A DNA stretch of 59,923 bases, filler included. It is 5 parts of 5 records of this genome, joined end to end, with 100 filler letters (N's around TTAATTAATTAA, not from the genome) between each part and the next. Parts side by side here need not be neighbours in the genome. Positions count along the whole stretch, not along the records: positions 1 to 24,945 come from SRR22947727_580; 4 more parts are not named here. One strand, 5' to 3'. Under the pieces are notes generated by a model that saw nothing but the letters and a program-made list of their open reading frames with translations, made no database searches and was not told where the DNA came from. Position numbers and translations under genes: made by a program. This document shows positions 1 through 10,700 of the stretch, piece by piece (within the stretch, counting starts at the first letter, position 1; the number at the start of each line of letters is the position of its first letter).

Positions 1-1
1 T

Positions 2-268
2 GGTATTGGTGCTGGTCAAATGAGTAGAGTTATAAGTGCAGATATAGCAAACCTTAAAGCAAAACAAGAAGGGCTTGAGGTCAAAGGCGCTGTAATGGCT
101 TCCGATGCATTTTTTCCTTTTAGGGATGGAATTGATAAAGCAGCGTCTAGTGGTATTGCATCTATCATTCAACCAGGTGGCTCAATAAGAGATGATGAAG
201 TTATTGCAGCTGCAGACGAAAATGATATTGCTATGGTATTTACCAGCACAAGACATTTTAGGCACTAA
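2..268 (+). CDS. purH: Bifunctional AICAR transformylase/IMP cyclohydrolase, C-terminal fragment (truncated at window start)
   Basis: Frame from nt 2 reads [10 protein letters not shown]...[11 protein letters not shown]...[10 protein letters not shown]...RHFRH, the PurH C-terminus; directly precedes purD. Confidence 0.97.
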   Translation, partial: GIGAGQMSRVISADIANLKAKQEGLEVKGAVMASDAFFPFRDGIDKAASSGIASIIQPGGSIRDDEVIAAADENDIAMVFTSTRHFRH

Positions 269-1536
269 TGCAGATATTAGTTATTGGTTCAGGTGGCAGA
301 GAACATGCTTTAGCATGGAAATCAGCTCAAGATAATTCAGTTTCAAAGGTTTATGTATGTCCGGGTAATGCGGGCACAGCACTAGAAGATAAACTAGAAA
401 ATATTTCTTTAGATATTAATAACTTTGAAATCATTGAGAATTTTTGTAAACAAGAAAATATAGGGCTGGTTATTATTGGCCCAGAACAACCTCTTGTAAT
501 GGGAATGACTGATTATCTGCAAAGCAAAGGCATTCAAACCTTTGGCCCCTCTCAAGCTGCTGCTCAACTTGAGGGCTCAAAAACTTTTTCTAAAGATTTT
601 TTTATTAAATATGGGATACCAACTGCTGATTATGCTGCATTTGATTCCTATGATGAATCACTAAGGTATATTGAGTCCATCGCATATCCTACTGTTGTTA
701 AAGCTGATGGACTTGCTGCAGGCAAAGGCGTACTTATTTGTGAGAATAAGAATCAGGCTAAAGCTGCACTTGATAGCATCTTTAAAGATCAAGCATTTGG
801 TGAAGCAGGCAGCAGTGTCGTTATTGAAGAGTTCTTAGAGGGAGAAGAAGCTAGTTTCATTGCAGTTGTGAGTAAAGATAAAATTATTCCTTTGGCTACA
901 AGTCAGGACCATAAGGCGGTTGGCGAAGGAGATGTTGGTTTAAATACTGGTGGCATGGGTGCATACTCTCCTGCTCCAATTGTTGATAAACGTATACACC
1001 TAAAAATTATAGATGAAGTTATGCATCCGACTATGCAAGGATTAATTTCTGAAGGCTCTCCATACCTTGGTTTCTTATATGCTGGCTTAATGATCAAAGA
1101 TGGTGAATTAAAAGTTTTAGAATTTAATTGCAGGTTTGGTGATCCTGAAACTCAGCCAATCCTTCTTAGACTTCAATCAAGCCTGGTAGATTTATGTTTA
1201 GCTGCGATTCATAATGATCTAGATTCGTACGAAATTAAATGGACGGATAAACATTCATGCGGAGTAGTTATAGCATCTAAAGGATATCCTGAAAGTTATG
1301 AGTCTAATAAAGAAGTTATGCTTCCTAATCTTGAAGATGCTGAAACAAAACTATTTCATGCTGGAACTAAATTAATTAATGAAAATGTTCTAACCTCAGG
1401 AGGAAGGGTATTCTGTGCTACAGCTCTAGGTGATAACTTGAAGCAGGCTCAATCCAAAGCTTATAATCTCGTTGACAAAGTATCCTTTGATGGAGCATTT
1501 TGTAGAAGAGATATAGGTTTTAAAGGAATTAAATGA
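268..1536 (+). CDS. purD: Phosphoribosylamine-glycine ligase
   Basis: GSGGREHAL, KADGLAAGKGV, NTGGMGAYSP, EFNCRFGDPETQ motifs. Confidence 0.98.
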   Translation: MQILVIGSGGREHALAWKSAQDNSVSKVYVCPGNAGTALEDKLENISLDINNFEIIENFCKQENIGLVIIGPEQPLVMGMTDYLQSKGIQTFGPSQAAAQLEGSKTFSKDFFIKYGIPTADYAAFDSYDESLRYIESIAYPTVVKADGLAAGKGVLICENKNQAKAALDSIFKDQAFGEAGSSVVIEEFLEGEEASFIAVVSKDKIIPLATSQDHKAVGEGDVGLNTGGMGAYSPAPIVDKRIHLKIIDEVMHPTMQGLISEGSPYLGFLYAGLMIKDGELKVLEFNCRFGDPETQPILLRLQSSLVDLCLAAIHNDLDSYEIKWTDKHSCGVVIASKGYPESYESNKEVMLPNLEDAETKLFHAGTKLINENVLTSGGRVFCATALGDNLKQAQSKAYNLVDKVSFDGAFCRRDIGFKGIK

Positions 1537-2168
1537 GCTTTTTAAATAATATTGTTAATGAATTTGATATTGCATTAAAAACACTTTCAAATAAAAAACC
1601 TGGTACGGATAGACCCTATCCGGCAGAACCTATTGAAAAAAATACTCAAAATCTAACAAAGGCAGAGAAAAAATTATCTATTCAAATGATGAGGGTTAAT
1701 CTTGCAGGAGAGGTTGCTGCGCAAGCTTTATACAGAGGGCAAGCTCTCGTATGTAAAGACCCTGAAATTAAAGAACATCTTATAGAGGCAGGAGAAGAAG
1801 AGACCGACCACTTAGTTTGGTGCAAAAAACGCTTAGATGAACTTGAAGGCAGAGGGTCTATATTAAACCCTATATGGTATGCAGGCTCATTTGCTATTGG
1901 AGCCATATTTGGAAGGTATGGAGAAAAAGTGAGTCTTGGATTTGTTGAAGAAACTGAAAAACAAGTTGTAGCTCATATTGATAGGCATCTAGATAAAATT
2001 TCTCCAAAGGATAAAGAAACAATAGAAATTCTTAAAACCATGAGAGATGATGAGGATGCTCACGCTCAGCAAGCTGTTGAGAATGGTGGAGAAGAATTAC
2101 AAGTCCCAACAAAAAAAATTATGAAATATACAGCCAAAGTTATGACCTCAACTAGCGCTCACATATAA
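1533..2168 (+). CDS. coq7: Demethoxyubiquinone hydroxylase (di-iron, Coq7 family)
   Basis: MRVNLAGEVAAQALYRGQ, EETDHLVWC, ETEKQVVAH, DEDAH di-iron motifs. Confidence 0.93.
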   Translation: MSFLNNIVNEFDIALKTLSNKKPGTDRPYPAEPIEKNTQNLTKAEKKLSIQMMRVNLAGEVAAQALYRGQALVCKDPEIKEHLIEAGEEETDHLVWCKKRLDELEGRGSILNPIWYAGSFAIGAIFGRYGEKVSLGFVEETEKQVVAHIDRHLDKISPKDKETIEILKTMRDDEDAHAQQAVENGGEELQVPTKKIMKYTAKVMTSTSAHI

Positions 2169-2171
2169 TTT

Positions 2172-3338
2172 TTATTCCATTTGCTGCCATTTGACAGGGA
2201 CACCCTCAAGCTTATAACGATTGGATTCTTCTCTTAATTTATCAAACTCTGTCTTAGAAGAGTAAACGGTAACAATTAAAGCATTCTCTTTGTTTGCAGT
2301 TATTCTAAGTACTCTTCCCATTCTTTGAATTCTCTGTCTTTTAGATGAAGAAGCGCTTAATATCATTGCTCCATCAGCTTCGGGCATATCAAAACCTTCG
2401 TCTAATGCAGTGCAACTTACTAAGACATTTAGATTACCACTTTTGAAATTATTTAAGTTCTCTTCACGCTCTACATTATCTAAATCAGTATTATATATAG
2501 CTGACTTATAACCTTTTTTATTAATAATTTTATTAAATTCTTTTGCTTGTTTTTTATTTTCGGTAAAAACAATCCAACTATCTCGTTTATGTTTTTGTAA
2601 TAGCTCAACTCCAAAAGGAATTCTATTTTTTGAATTTTTTACCATTCTTGCTCTATTAAAAATGAGCATTTTAAGCGGATAATCATTCATATTGTTGCCG
2701 CCGATAGTTGCAGCCCTTCTTTGAATACTTTTGGTAAATTTTTTGTACTTATCTTCTTCGTCCTTAGTCATTGCTGCGTAAGCATATAGAAGTTTAAAGT
2801 TTACAATTACCTCATCCTCTCTAGCATCTATATAGTCATAATCAAAAATGATATCTCCTAAGATTTTTTTTATGATGATATAAAAATTATCGTCATAGTC
2901 TCTTTCAGGTGTTGCTGAGAGTCCCAGCGTTGCATGCCAATTATTAGTTAAAGTCTCTCCTCTCTTTTCGGTTCCAATCTTATGGCACTCATCTACAATT
3001 AGAAGAGTATTAGAAGCATCAAATTTATGGATTATATTTTTTACAGAATCAATAGTTGAAATAGTGATCTTTGAAATCTCTTCAAGATGTTCGCCGCCAC
3101 CATTCAAAGAGATATCTGTATCATCGAATGTCTTCTGCAACCCTTCATACCACTGATCTAAAAGTGCTATAGAGGGAACAACAATAAAAATAGAGTTATC
3201 TTTTTCTTCTTCAAGGTATTTGGTTAAACAGTGGATAGCAAAGACAGTTTTTCCTCCGCCAGTAACTACTTTTACAATACCTCTTTTTTCAGCCCACCAT
3301 AGTGGAAATGCTTTTTCTTGCCATTCCCTTAGCTTCAA
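2172..3338 (-). CDS. Superfamily 2 DExH helicase, XPB/Rad25/ResIII-like core
   Basis: LREWQ, TGGGKT (Walker A), VVPS, DECH, GLSATP, LDEGFDMP, QRMGRVLR; TTG start overlaps the trpC stop. Confidence 0.88.
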   Translation of the reverse strand: MKLREWQEKAFPLWWAEKRGIVKVVTGGGKTVFAIHCLTKYLEEEKDNSIFIVVPSIALLDQWYEGLQKTFDDTDISLNGGGEHLEEISKITISTIDSVKNIIHKFDASNTLLIVDECHKIGTEKRGETLTNNWHATLGLSATPERDYDDNFYIIIKKILGDIIFDYDYIDAREDEVIVNFKLLYAYAAMTKDEEDKYKKFTKSIQRRAATIGGNNMNDYPLKMLIFNRARMVKNSKNRIPFGVELLQKHKRDSWIVFTENKKQAKEFNKIINKKGYKSAIYNTDLDNVEREENLNNFKSGNLNVLVSCTALDEGFDMPEADGAMILSASSSKRQRIQRMGRVLRITANKENALIVTVYSSKTEFDKLREESNRYKLEGVPVKWQQME

Positions 3339-4084
3339 GCAAAGTCACCTTTCATTAGACTTTCACCTATTAAGAAAACATGAATATCATGAGCTTTTAA
3401 TGCATTGATATCATCCTGATTTTTAATGCCTGACTCTGCAACAAAAATATTATTGTTTTTAAATTCCTTCTTTAAGTTGATAGAATTATTTAGATCTACG
3501 TTAAAAGTTTTTAGATTTCTGTTATTGACTCCTATCATTGCATTAGAAAAATGCCCAACTCTTTTGAGCTCTTCGAGGTCATGGACTTCTATGAGGTAAT
3601 CTAATTGTAATGTTTCAGCCAAGTCTACAAAGGATTTAATTTCTTCATCATTTAAAACACTGGCAATTAAAAGAATACAATCAGCGCCAATAAGTTTTGC
3701 TTCATAAATTTGATACTCATCAATCATAAAATCTTTTCTTAGTATTGGCAGAGAGGTGATTTCTTTAACATCTTGTAAATATTGGGAGCTGCCTTGAAAG
3801 AAGTCCTCTTCGGTAAGAATAGATAATGCCGATGCTCCAAAGTCTTCATACTCTTTTGCTTTTCTTATAGGGTCGAAATCTTCTGAAATAATCCCCGCAC
3901 TAGGTGAAGCCTTTTTAATCTCAGCAATAATGGCTTGATCTTTGTTGAGCAGGCTCTCTTTGAATGCTCCTTTTGGTAAATTCAATCCATTTAATTTAGA
4001 AATTATGTCCTCTAATGGCAGCTCAGCTTTTTTAGCTTGAAGCTTGGCTCTTGTATTTTCTACAATGTCATTGAGTATTGTCAT
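3335..4084 (-). CDS. trpC: Indole-3-glycerol phosphate synthase
   Basis: IAEIKKASPSAG, LRKDF, GVNNRNL, VAESGI, LIGESLM. Confidence 0.97.
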   Translation of the reverse strand: MTILNDIVENTRAKLQAKKAELPLEDIISKLNGLNLPKGAFKESLLNKDQAIIAEIKKASPSAGIISEDFDPIRKAKEYEDFGASALSILTEEDFFQGSSQYLQDVKEITSLPILRKDFMIDEYQIYEAKLIGADCILLIASVLNDEEIKSFVDLAETLQLDYLIEVHDLEELKRVGHFSNAMIGVNNRNLKTFNVDLNNSINLKKEFKNNNIFVAESGIKNQDDINALKAHDIHVFLIGESLMKGDFA

Positions 4085-5094
4085 TAGCTGTTAGAAACCC
4101 TTACGTATGCAGCTAATTTATCTGCCGCTTTTCCGTTATTCATTAACGTATATGCTAATTCAATGCCATCGGAAATAGAATCTACTTTTCTCGCTATATA
4201 CAAACCAGCTCCAGCATTTAATGCAATCATGTCTTGAACTGCAGATCTCTCTCCTGAAAATGCCTCTCGAACCATTCTTAGACTTTCTTCTGAAGATTGT
4301 GCAGATATTTCATCAAAGCTTGAGATTGATATACCAAAATCTTGAGGTGAAATGGTGTACTCATTAATTTTATAATTTTTATATTCTGAAATATTTGTTG
4401 GTCCAGAGATGCTGATCTCATCCAAACCATCATCGCCGTGAACAACCATAACGTGCTCCATATCTAAATTTTTAGCTACAGTTGAAAAAGTGTTAAGCAA
4501 ACTCTTATCATAGACGCCTATTATTTGTCTTTTAGCTCCACATGGATTGGTATGAGGTCCTAATAAATTAAATATCGTTTTTTCTCCTATCCTTTGTCTT
4601 GCAGGCATCACATATTTCATAGATTGATGATGAAGGGGTGCAAATAAAAATATAAACCCTACCTGATCAAATACCTTAACTAGCTTTTCTCTGTCGTGAC
4701 TAATATCAGCTCCGGCTTCAGTTAAAAAATCAGCACTACCGGATTTACTAGATATAGCCTTGTTACCATGTTTGGTTATTGAAGCTCCGCCAGCAGCCGC
4801 AACAAAGGAGGAAGCGGTTGAGCAATTAAAAGTATGTAACCCAGTACCACCAGTGCCGCACGTATCGATATGGGTTCCATCGCCAATATCAAACTTTAAA
4901 GATTTATCTTTCATAACCATAGCTGCTGCAGTTATTTCAGGCTCTTTGACTCCCTTTTCATTGAGTGCAATAAGAAAAGTCTTTATATCATTATCATCAA
5001 CTTTTCCAGTCATAATGCTTTCAACTGCTGACTGCATTTCTTCTTTTGTTAGATCATTTTTAAGAGCTAGTTTTTCAAGAATTTCTTTGATCAT
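4084..5094 (-). CDS. trpD: Anthranilate phosphoribosyltransferase
   Basis: DTCGTGG, KHGNKAISSKSGSAD, TIFNLLGP, DGLDEIS. Confidence 0.97.
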   Translation of the reverse strand: MIKEILEKLALKNDLTKEEMQSAVESIMTGKVDDNDIKTFLIALNEKGVKEPEITAAAMVMKDKSLKFDIGDGTHIDTCGTGGTGLHTFNCSTASSFVAAAGGASITKHGNKAISSKSGSADFLTEAGADISHDREKLVKVFDQVGFIFLFAPLHHQSMKYVMPARQRIGEKTIFNLLGPHTNPCGAKRQIIGVYDKSLLNTFSTVAKNLDMEHVMVVHGDDGLDEISISGPTNISEYKNYKINEYTISPQDFGISISSFDEISAQSSEESLRMVREAFSGERSAVQDMIALNAGAGLYIARKVDSISDGIELAYTLMNNGKAADKLAAYVRVSNS

Positions 5095-5654
5095 AATGCT
5101 AAAAAGTTTTCTATTAGCTTCATACCATAATCTGTATCAATAGACTCTGGATGAAACTGGACTCCGTATATGGGCCTTTCTTTGTGTTGTATTGCCATAA
5201 TAATATCTGGATTCTCCTCCAAAACACCAGTGATTTGAAGAACATCGGGCAAAGAATCTTTTTCAATAATTAAGCTGTGATAACGCACAACAGAATAAGG
5301 GCTTGAAATATTCTCAAATAATTTTTCTTGATTGTGGCTAACTTTTGAGAGTTTGCCATGAAATATTTCCGGTGCTTTTACAATCTTCCCTCCAAAAGCG
5401 GCACCAATCGCTTGATGGCCTAAACAGACACCGAGAACAGGAACAGATGAAGATTTAATAAGTTCAATTGAAATTCCTGCTTCAGCTGGTGTGCAAGGTC
5501 CAGGAGATACAACAATCTTTTTTGGATTTAAGTGATTGATTTCTTCGAGACTAACTTCATCGTTTCTTACAACAAGAACTTCTTCCCCACACTCACCAAT
5601 ATAATGTACTAAGTTATAGGTAAAACTGTCGTAGTTATCTAGCACTAAAATCAT
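5091..5654 (-). CDS. trpG: Anthranilate synthase component II (glutamine amidotransferase)
   Basis: Start moved to [15 protein letters not shown] (ATGA overlap with trpE stop); SPGPCTP, GVCLGHQ, QFHPES. Confidence 0.96.
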   Translation of the reverse strand: MILVLDNYDSFTYNLVHYIGECGEEVLVVRNDEVSLEEINHLNPKKIVVSPGPCTPAEAGISIELIKSSSVPVLGVCLGHQAIGAAFGGKIVKAPEIFHGKLSKVSHNQEKLFENISSPYSVVRYHSLIIEKDSLPDVLQITGVLEENPDIIMAIQHKERPIYGVQFHPESIDTDYGMKLIENFLAL

Positions 5655-7117
5655 GAAATCATCTCCATAGCATCTATGAAAACCTTTGATTTTTGTTTGC
5701 ATTCTAACCACTCATTTTCAGGCACAGAATCAGCAACGATACCTGCTCCTGCACCAACATGAATTACATCATCCTTTATTACAGCAGTTCTTATTGCAAT
5801 TGCAGTATCTATATTGCCATTCCAAGAGATATAACCTATAGCACCGCCATAAATACCTCTAGAGCTAGGCTCTAATTCATTAATAATCTCCATAGCTCTT
5901 ATCTTGGGAGCTCCTGATAAAGTTCCGGCTGGAAGAGTTGCTTTTAAAGCATCTAAATAATTAAGGTCTTTCGATAGACTGCCAGTTACATTGGATACTA
6001 TATGCATCACATGTGAATATTTCTCAATTACCATCTTATCTGTGACTTTTACACTACCTATTTCTGAGACTTTTCCAACATCATTTCTTCCAAGATCTAT
6101 TAACATTAAGTGCTCAGCAATTTCTTTTGGATCATTAATTAAATCGTTTTGATTTGTTTTATCTTCTTCAGGAGTTGCTCCCCTTCTTCTTGTTCCAGCA
6201 ATTGGACGAAGTGTGACTTTATTATCTTCTAGCCTAACTAAAATTTCTGGAGAAGACCCGACCACCTGACATTCTTCAAGATCAAGATAATACATATAAG
6301 GTGATGGATTTAATTTTCTGACAGCCTTATATAATTCAAAAGGGTTTTTATTAAATGGTAAAGAAAAATCTTGAGCAAGTACGACCTGCATAACATCGCC
6401 CTCTTCTATATAGTTTTTAATTCTACTTACTGCGTTTAGATAGTCTTTTTTTGTAAAGTTTGAATCAAAATCTATCAAACCTCTTGGTTCTTTGAAGGAA
6501 GTTTCTAAGTTATCTGCTTCATTTTGAAGCGAGGTTACAATTGTTTTAATCTCATCCAATGCGTCTTCGTAAGAAAATTTTGATGGGTTTGCATTAAAAA
6601 TAACCTGAGTTGATTTATTAATATTATCGTAAATAATTAGCTTATCAGCCTTAACAAGAAATATTTCAGGCATATGATCTTTGAATTTTGAATCTTTACT
6701 TTGAAGTTTGGCTATTTTTTTTTCTGCATATTGAGCACTTTCGTATGCAAAAAAACCAACATAACCGCCATAAAATCTTGGTAACCCATTTATTTCTGGT
6801 GCCTTGTGGCTTTCAGTAATTTTTTGAATTTCACCCAAAGGATCTTCTGATTCAAATGAAGAAGAAGTTCCTTCTTTATTTATTTCAATAAAATTACCAG
6901 ACACCTTGATTGTATCTAGACAGTCAAAACCAATAATTGAAAATTGTGCCCATTGATCACCGCCCTCAACTGACTCTAGAAGAAATGTATTAGATTTATC
7001 TGTAATCTGAGAATATAAGGTTAAGGGTGTTTGATTTTCTAAAGATACCTTTTTAACAACAGGAATAATGTTAAAACCCGCTTTAGCATAATCTTGAAAC
7101 TCTTCTTTCGTTATCAT
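5651..7117 (-). CDS. trpE: Anthranilate synthase component I
   Basis: [49 protein letters not shown]. Confidence 0.97.
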   Translation of the reverse strand: MITKEEFQDYAKAGFNIIPVVKKVSLENQTPLTLYSQITDKSNTFLLESVEGGDQWAQFSIIGFDCLDTIKVSGNFIEINKEGTSSSFESEDPLGEIQKITESHKAPEINGLPRFYGGYVGFFAYESAQYAEKKIAKLQSKDSKFKDHMPEIFLVKADKLIIYDNINKSTQVIFNANPSKFSYEDALDEIKTIVTSLQNEADNLETSFKEPRGLIDFDSNFTKKDYLNAVSRIKNYIEEGDVMQVVLAQDFSLPFNKNPFELYKAVRKLNPSPYMYYLDLEECQVVGSSPEILVRLEDNKVTLRPIAGTRRRGATPEEDKTNQNDLINDPKEIAEHLMLIDLGRNDVGKVSEIGSVKVTDKMVIEKYSHVMHIVSNVTGSLSKDLNYLDALKATLPAGTLSGAPKIRAMEIINELEPSSRGIYGGAIGYISWNGNIDTAIAIRTAVIKDDVIHVGAGAGIVADSVPENEWLECKQKSKVFIDAMEMIS

Positions 7118-7121
7118 TTTA

Positions 7122-7556
7122 TTAATAATTTTTTATGTCTACTAAATCACCAACATGGATATCATTTTTATCAAACCAACCCTGATTAACTTCTAAAGCA
7201 TATAAAGCGGGCTCTTTGGAGCATACTGATGTTTTTGATAAGGGCACCATATCATATATATTTATTATTTCACCCGTATCATCAAGATATGCAACACTCA
7301 GAGGAATCAAAGTATTCTTCATCCACATGCATTGAATTTTTTTTCTATCCCAAATAAAAACCATGCCGCTATCATCTGCAAGACTTTCTCTGAACATAAG
7401 GCCTTTCTTTCTATCTTGGTAGTTTTTTGCTATTTCAATGTTTGAAAGGTATTTCTGTAAAACAATAGTATCCTTGCTTTCAAGAGAAATAGTAAACAAA
7501 AATAAAAACGAAAAACTAAAGAATTTTAGAGCGGAGTGTTTTAATAGTTTGCTCAT
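7122..7556 (-). CDS. DUF192 family protein with hydrophobic N-terminal signal
   Basis: EIA...RKKGLMFR...GMVF...[16 protein letters not shown]...ALEVNQGWF; start moved to MSKLLKH because the longer ORF runs deep into rpe. Confidence 0.85.
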   Translation of the reverse strand: MSKLLKHSALKFFSFSFLFLFTISLESKDTIVLQKYLSNIEIAKNYQDRKKGLMFRESLADDSGMVFIWDRKKIQCMWMKNTLIPLSVAYLDDTGEIINIYDMVPLSKTSVCSKEPALYALEVNQGWFDKNDIHVGDLVDIKNY

Positions 7557-8184
7557 AATTATCAGTATTGAAGATTGCTGATCCGGCAACAAAAGTATCT
7601 GCACCAGCTTTTGAAGCAAGACCAATAGTCTCATTGTTAATGCCGCCATCAACCTCAAGGCGTATATCTTTTCCTGTAGCATCAATCATTTTTCTAACTT
7701 GAGATATCTTATCTAAAGAACTGTGAATAAAAGATTGTCCTCCAAAACCGGGATTAACACTCATGATCAATACCAAATCTAGATCCTCAATAACATTCTC
7801 TAGAATATTGAGAGACGATGCAGGATTAAATACTAGTCCGGCCTTACAACCCTGATCTTTTATTGCATGAATAGATCTATGGACATGTTTTGATGCCTCA
7901 GGATGAAAACTAACAAGATCAGCACCAGCCTTAATAAAACTTTGTGCAAGCTCATCTACAGGATCTATCATAAGATGAACATCAATAAATTCTTTAACGC
8001 CATAGTCTCTTAGAGACTTACACACCATTGGGCCTATAGTTAAATTAGGGACATAGTGATTATCCATAACATCAAAATGAATCCAATCAGCACCGGCATT
8101 CAGCACATTTACAACTTCTTCACCTAATGTTGCAAAATTAGAAGCTAATATTGATGGAGCAATAATATATTTTGAGTCATTCAT
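7516..8184 (-). CDS. rpe: Ribulose-phosphate 3-epimerase
   Basis: [40 protein letters not shown]. Confidence 0.97.
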   Translation of the reverse strand: MNDSKYIIAPSILASNFATLGEEVVNVLNAGADWIHFDVMDNHYVPNLTIGPMVCKSLRDYGVKEFIDVHLMIDPVDELAQSFIKAGADLVSFHPEASKHVHRSIHAIKDQGCKAGLVFNPASSLNILENVIEDLDLVLIMSVNPGFGGQSFIHSSLDKISQVRKMIDATGKDIRLEVDGGINNETIGLASKAGADTFVAGSAIFNTDNYEQTIKTLRSKIL

Positions 8185-8187
8185 AAG

Positions 8188-8859
8188 TTAATTTTCGTCT
8201 TTATGGGTTTTATTAGCAAGTTCTAAGCGGTCAATAGTGCCAGTATCTATCCAGATATCGTCAGATATTTCAGCTGAAACCTCTTTATTGTTAATAAATT
8301 GTTTTAAAACCTTGTTCCAGATATCAAAAGGCATTTCTTGAGGTATTAATTTATTAAAGATGCTTGGATTGATAACAGATATGCCACTCCAGGTATAATC
8401 ATTTGCCTCTGATCTAACTGAAACAATATCACCATCTAATGAAAAGTCTCCTTGAAGATTGTGCTCAGGGTTCTTTACGCCAACAAGATGTGCAACCTTG
8501 ACAATTTTATTTATGGCTGCAAGATCAATATCATGATAAACATCTGCATTTATCAACATAAAAGGCTCATCTCCTAGTAACTCAAGAGCATTTTGAATAC
8601 CTCCGCCGGTTCCAAGTGGCTCAGACTCTTTAGAAAAGAGAATATTATTATTGGGAAAGAGCTCCAAAACATGCTTAATAAGCATATTTCCTAAGTAGGA
8701 AACATTAATTACTATCTCATCAAAGCCAGAATTTATTAATGAATCAATGTTTCTTTCGATCAAAGATTGATTTCCTACTTTGAGCATAGGCTTTGGGGTA
8801 TCGTTTGTCAGTGGCTTCAGTCTTTTACCAAAACCTGCAGCCAAAATCATAGCTTTCAT
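8188..8859 (-). CDS. murU: N-acetylmuramate alpha-1-phosphate uridylyltransferase (nucleotidyltransferase)
   Basis: MKAMILAAGFGKRLKPLT..PKP, LGTGGGI, NPEHN..GDF, WIDTGT; coupled to an amgK-like kinase. Confidence 0.85.
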   Translation of the reverse strand: MKAMILAAGFGKRLKPLTNDTPKPMLKVGNQSLIERNIDSLINSGFDEIVINVSYLGNMLIKHVLELFPNNNILFSKESEPLGTGGGIQNALELLGDEPFMLINADVYHDIDLAAINKIVKVAHLVGVKNPEHNLQGDFSLDGDIVSVRSEANDYTWSGISVINPSIFNKLIPQEMPFDIWNKVLKQFINNKEVSAEISDDIWIDTGTIDRLELANKTHKDEN

Positions 8860-9815
8860 ATCGTATTTAGCTCTCTTAATAATCTCGGTTTAATTTCAGA
8901 TACCAAGGCATCTCTTAAATTTAAAAACTCATCTTGAGGAATAAGTTCTATTAAATTATCTAGAATAGTTGGCAGGTCCTTTAATCTAAATGCTCTCTTA
9001 TCTTTGGTGAAAAGCTTACTTAATGTTCCTAAAATTCTCATATTTCTCTGAATAGCACCCCACCTCACCCACTCGAAGGCTTCATCACTTGAAACATTTA
9101 GCTCCATTATTGATACATAGTGGCTTAGAGAATCTTCAATAAGTTGTTTTGGGTATGAACAGTAATGATCGATAAGTATTCCAGCTAAATCAATACCAAT
9201 TGGTCCAATACATAAATCTTGAAAATCTATGACAGCTATATTTTCATTTGAATCAAGAATGAGGTTTCTTCTCTCATAGTCAAAATGGCAATTCATCCAG
9301 GGCTGATCGTTTAACATTTCTAATGTTTTTAGTTCTAAGCTCTCTAATCCTTTCAACTTCTCAATGCCTAGAAACTTTGCTAAGAAAATTGTTTGCATGC
9401 TGTTCATCTGATCCTTTAATGAAGATTTGTCTAGCTCTTTTATCTGAGGAATATGTGCTGCTTGAATTTCTGAAAGAACTTTCATGGACTTCATTAGAAG
9501 TATTTGGTTGGTATCAATATCTATATCAATTAAAGATTGATCACCTAAATCTTGTTGGATAGTAATACCTTTGCTGGCATCAGAAAAAATAACCTCTGGA
9601 GAATTAATGCCCAAGTTCTTAAAATAAGTTGCAACATGAAGAAATTTGCTATGATTGCCGACTTCAGGATCAAGATAACAAACAACCAAAGTTTTATTAC
9701 TATCTAAATATATTCTGAAATACTCTCTGCCACTTGCCTCTAATTTTAATATCTCAGCTTTCACAGCTGGATATCCAGAATTCCTAGATAACTCTATTAT
9801 TTCTTGTTCTTTCAA
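8856..9815 (-). CDS. amgK: Anomeric MurNAc/GlcNAc kinase (APH family)
   Basis: EASGREYFR, QDLGD, HFDYERRNL, IDFQD, QRNMRILG; upstream of murU; TTG start at 9815 inferred. Confidence 0.8.
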   Translation of the reverse strand: MKEQEIIELSRNSGYPAVKAEILKLEASGREYFRIYLDSNKTLVVCYLDPEVGNHSKFLHVATYFKNLGINSPEVIFSDASKGITIQQDLGDQSLIDIDIDTNQILLMKSMKVLSEIQAAHIPQIKELDKSSLKDQMNSMQTIFLAKFLGIEKLKGLESLELKTLEMLNDQPWMNCHFDYERRNLILDSNENIAVIDFQDLCIGPIGIDLAGILIDHYCSYPKQLIEDSLSHYVSIMELNVSSDEAFEWVRWGAIQRNMRILGTLSKLFTKDKRAFRLKDLPTILDNLIELIPQDEFLNLRDALVSEIKPRLLRELNTI

Positions 9816-9816
9816 A

Positions 9817-10674
9817 TCAACTGTTCTGAACCTCTTCAGGTACAGGAGTATCATCTGGCACAAAAAAATCTGGCATTAAATCTGCAAAAGGAACGTTAGC
9901 ATATTTAGTAAAATCTTTAACTCCTGCGGCGTGTAATACTAAATCATCAATACAAAAATTACCGGTGAATGTTTTTGAGTCTTTTATCAAAATTTCATAA
10001 GCAGCATCAGCCATAATATGGACATTTCTTGATAGTCGCATGATCTCATCACCGCCTAAATGATTTTGAACAGCTGCAGTTGCTATTGCAGTTCTTGGCC
10101 ATAATGCATTAACTGCAATTCCTCTATCAGCAAATTCCTGAGCCATACCTAAAACACACATGCTCATAGTATATTTAGCCATGGTGTAGGCCACTGTTCC
10201 AGCAAACCACTTAGGACTCATATCTAATGGTGGTGATAAGTTAAGAATATGAGGGTTAGATGCTTTTTCAAGATGAGGTAAACAGTATTTGCTTACCATA
10301 TATGTTCCTCTTCCATTTATTTGATGCATGAGGTCATACCTTTTCATTTCAGTATCCTTTACATTGGTTAACTGAATAGCTGAGGCATTGTTGATGCAAA
10401 TATCTATTCCGCCAAAATGATTAACAGATTTATTAATAGCATCTCTAACATTGTCTTCATTTCTAATATCGCAAATAATTGGCAGAGCATCGCCTCCGGC
10501 TTTAACTATTTCTTCAGCTGCTGTATAAATAGTGCCTGGGAGCTTTGGATGCGGATCAGCTGTTTTGGCAGCAATAACTATTTTTGCGCCATCTTGTGCT
10601 GCTTTCTTCGCCATTGCAAGACCAATGCCCCTGCTTCCACCCGAAATAAATATTACCTTATCTTTTAAACTCAT
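9817..10674 (-). CDS. Short-chain dehydrogenase, HSDL2-like
   Basis: SGGSRGIG, AAKTADPHPKLPGTI, NNASAI, HILNLSPP, YTMAK, NALWPRTAIATAA. Confidence 0.9.
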   Translation of the reverse strand: MSLKDKVIFISGGSRGIGLAMAKKAAQDGAKIVIAAKTADPHPKLPGTIYTAAEEIVKAGGDALPIICDIRNEDNVRDAINKSVNHFGGIDICINNASAIQLTNVKDTEMKRYDLMHQINGRGTYMVSKYCLPHLEKASNPHILNLSPPLDMSPKWFAGTVAYTMAKYTMSMCVLGMAQEFADRGIAVNALWPRTAIATAAVQNHLGGDEIMRLSRNVHIMADAAYEILIKDSKTFTGNFCIDDLVLHAAGVKDFTKYANVPFADLMPDFFVPDDTPVPEEVQNS

Positions 10675-10700
10675 AATTTTTTCCTTTTTATATTTAATCT

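Noticed and set aside
2172..3338. Helicase as part of a restriction-modification or Dnd defence island
   Set aside because: No methylase, nuclease, dnd or mobility genes nearby; both flanks are housekeeping genes
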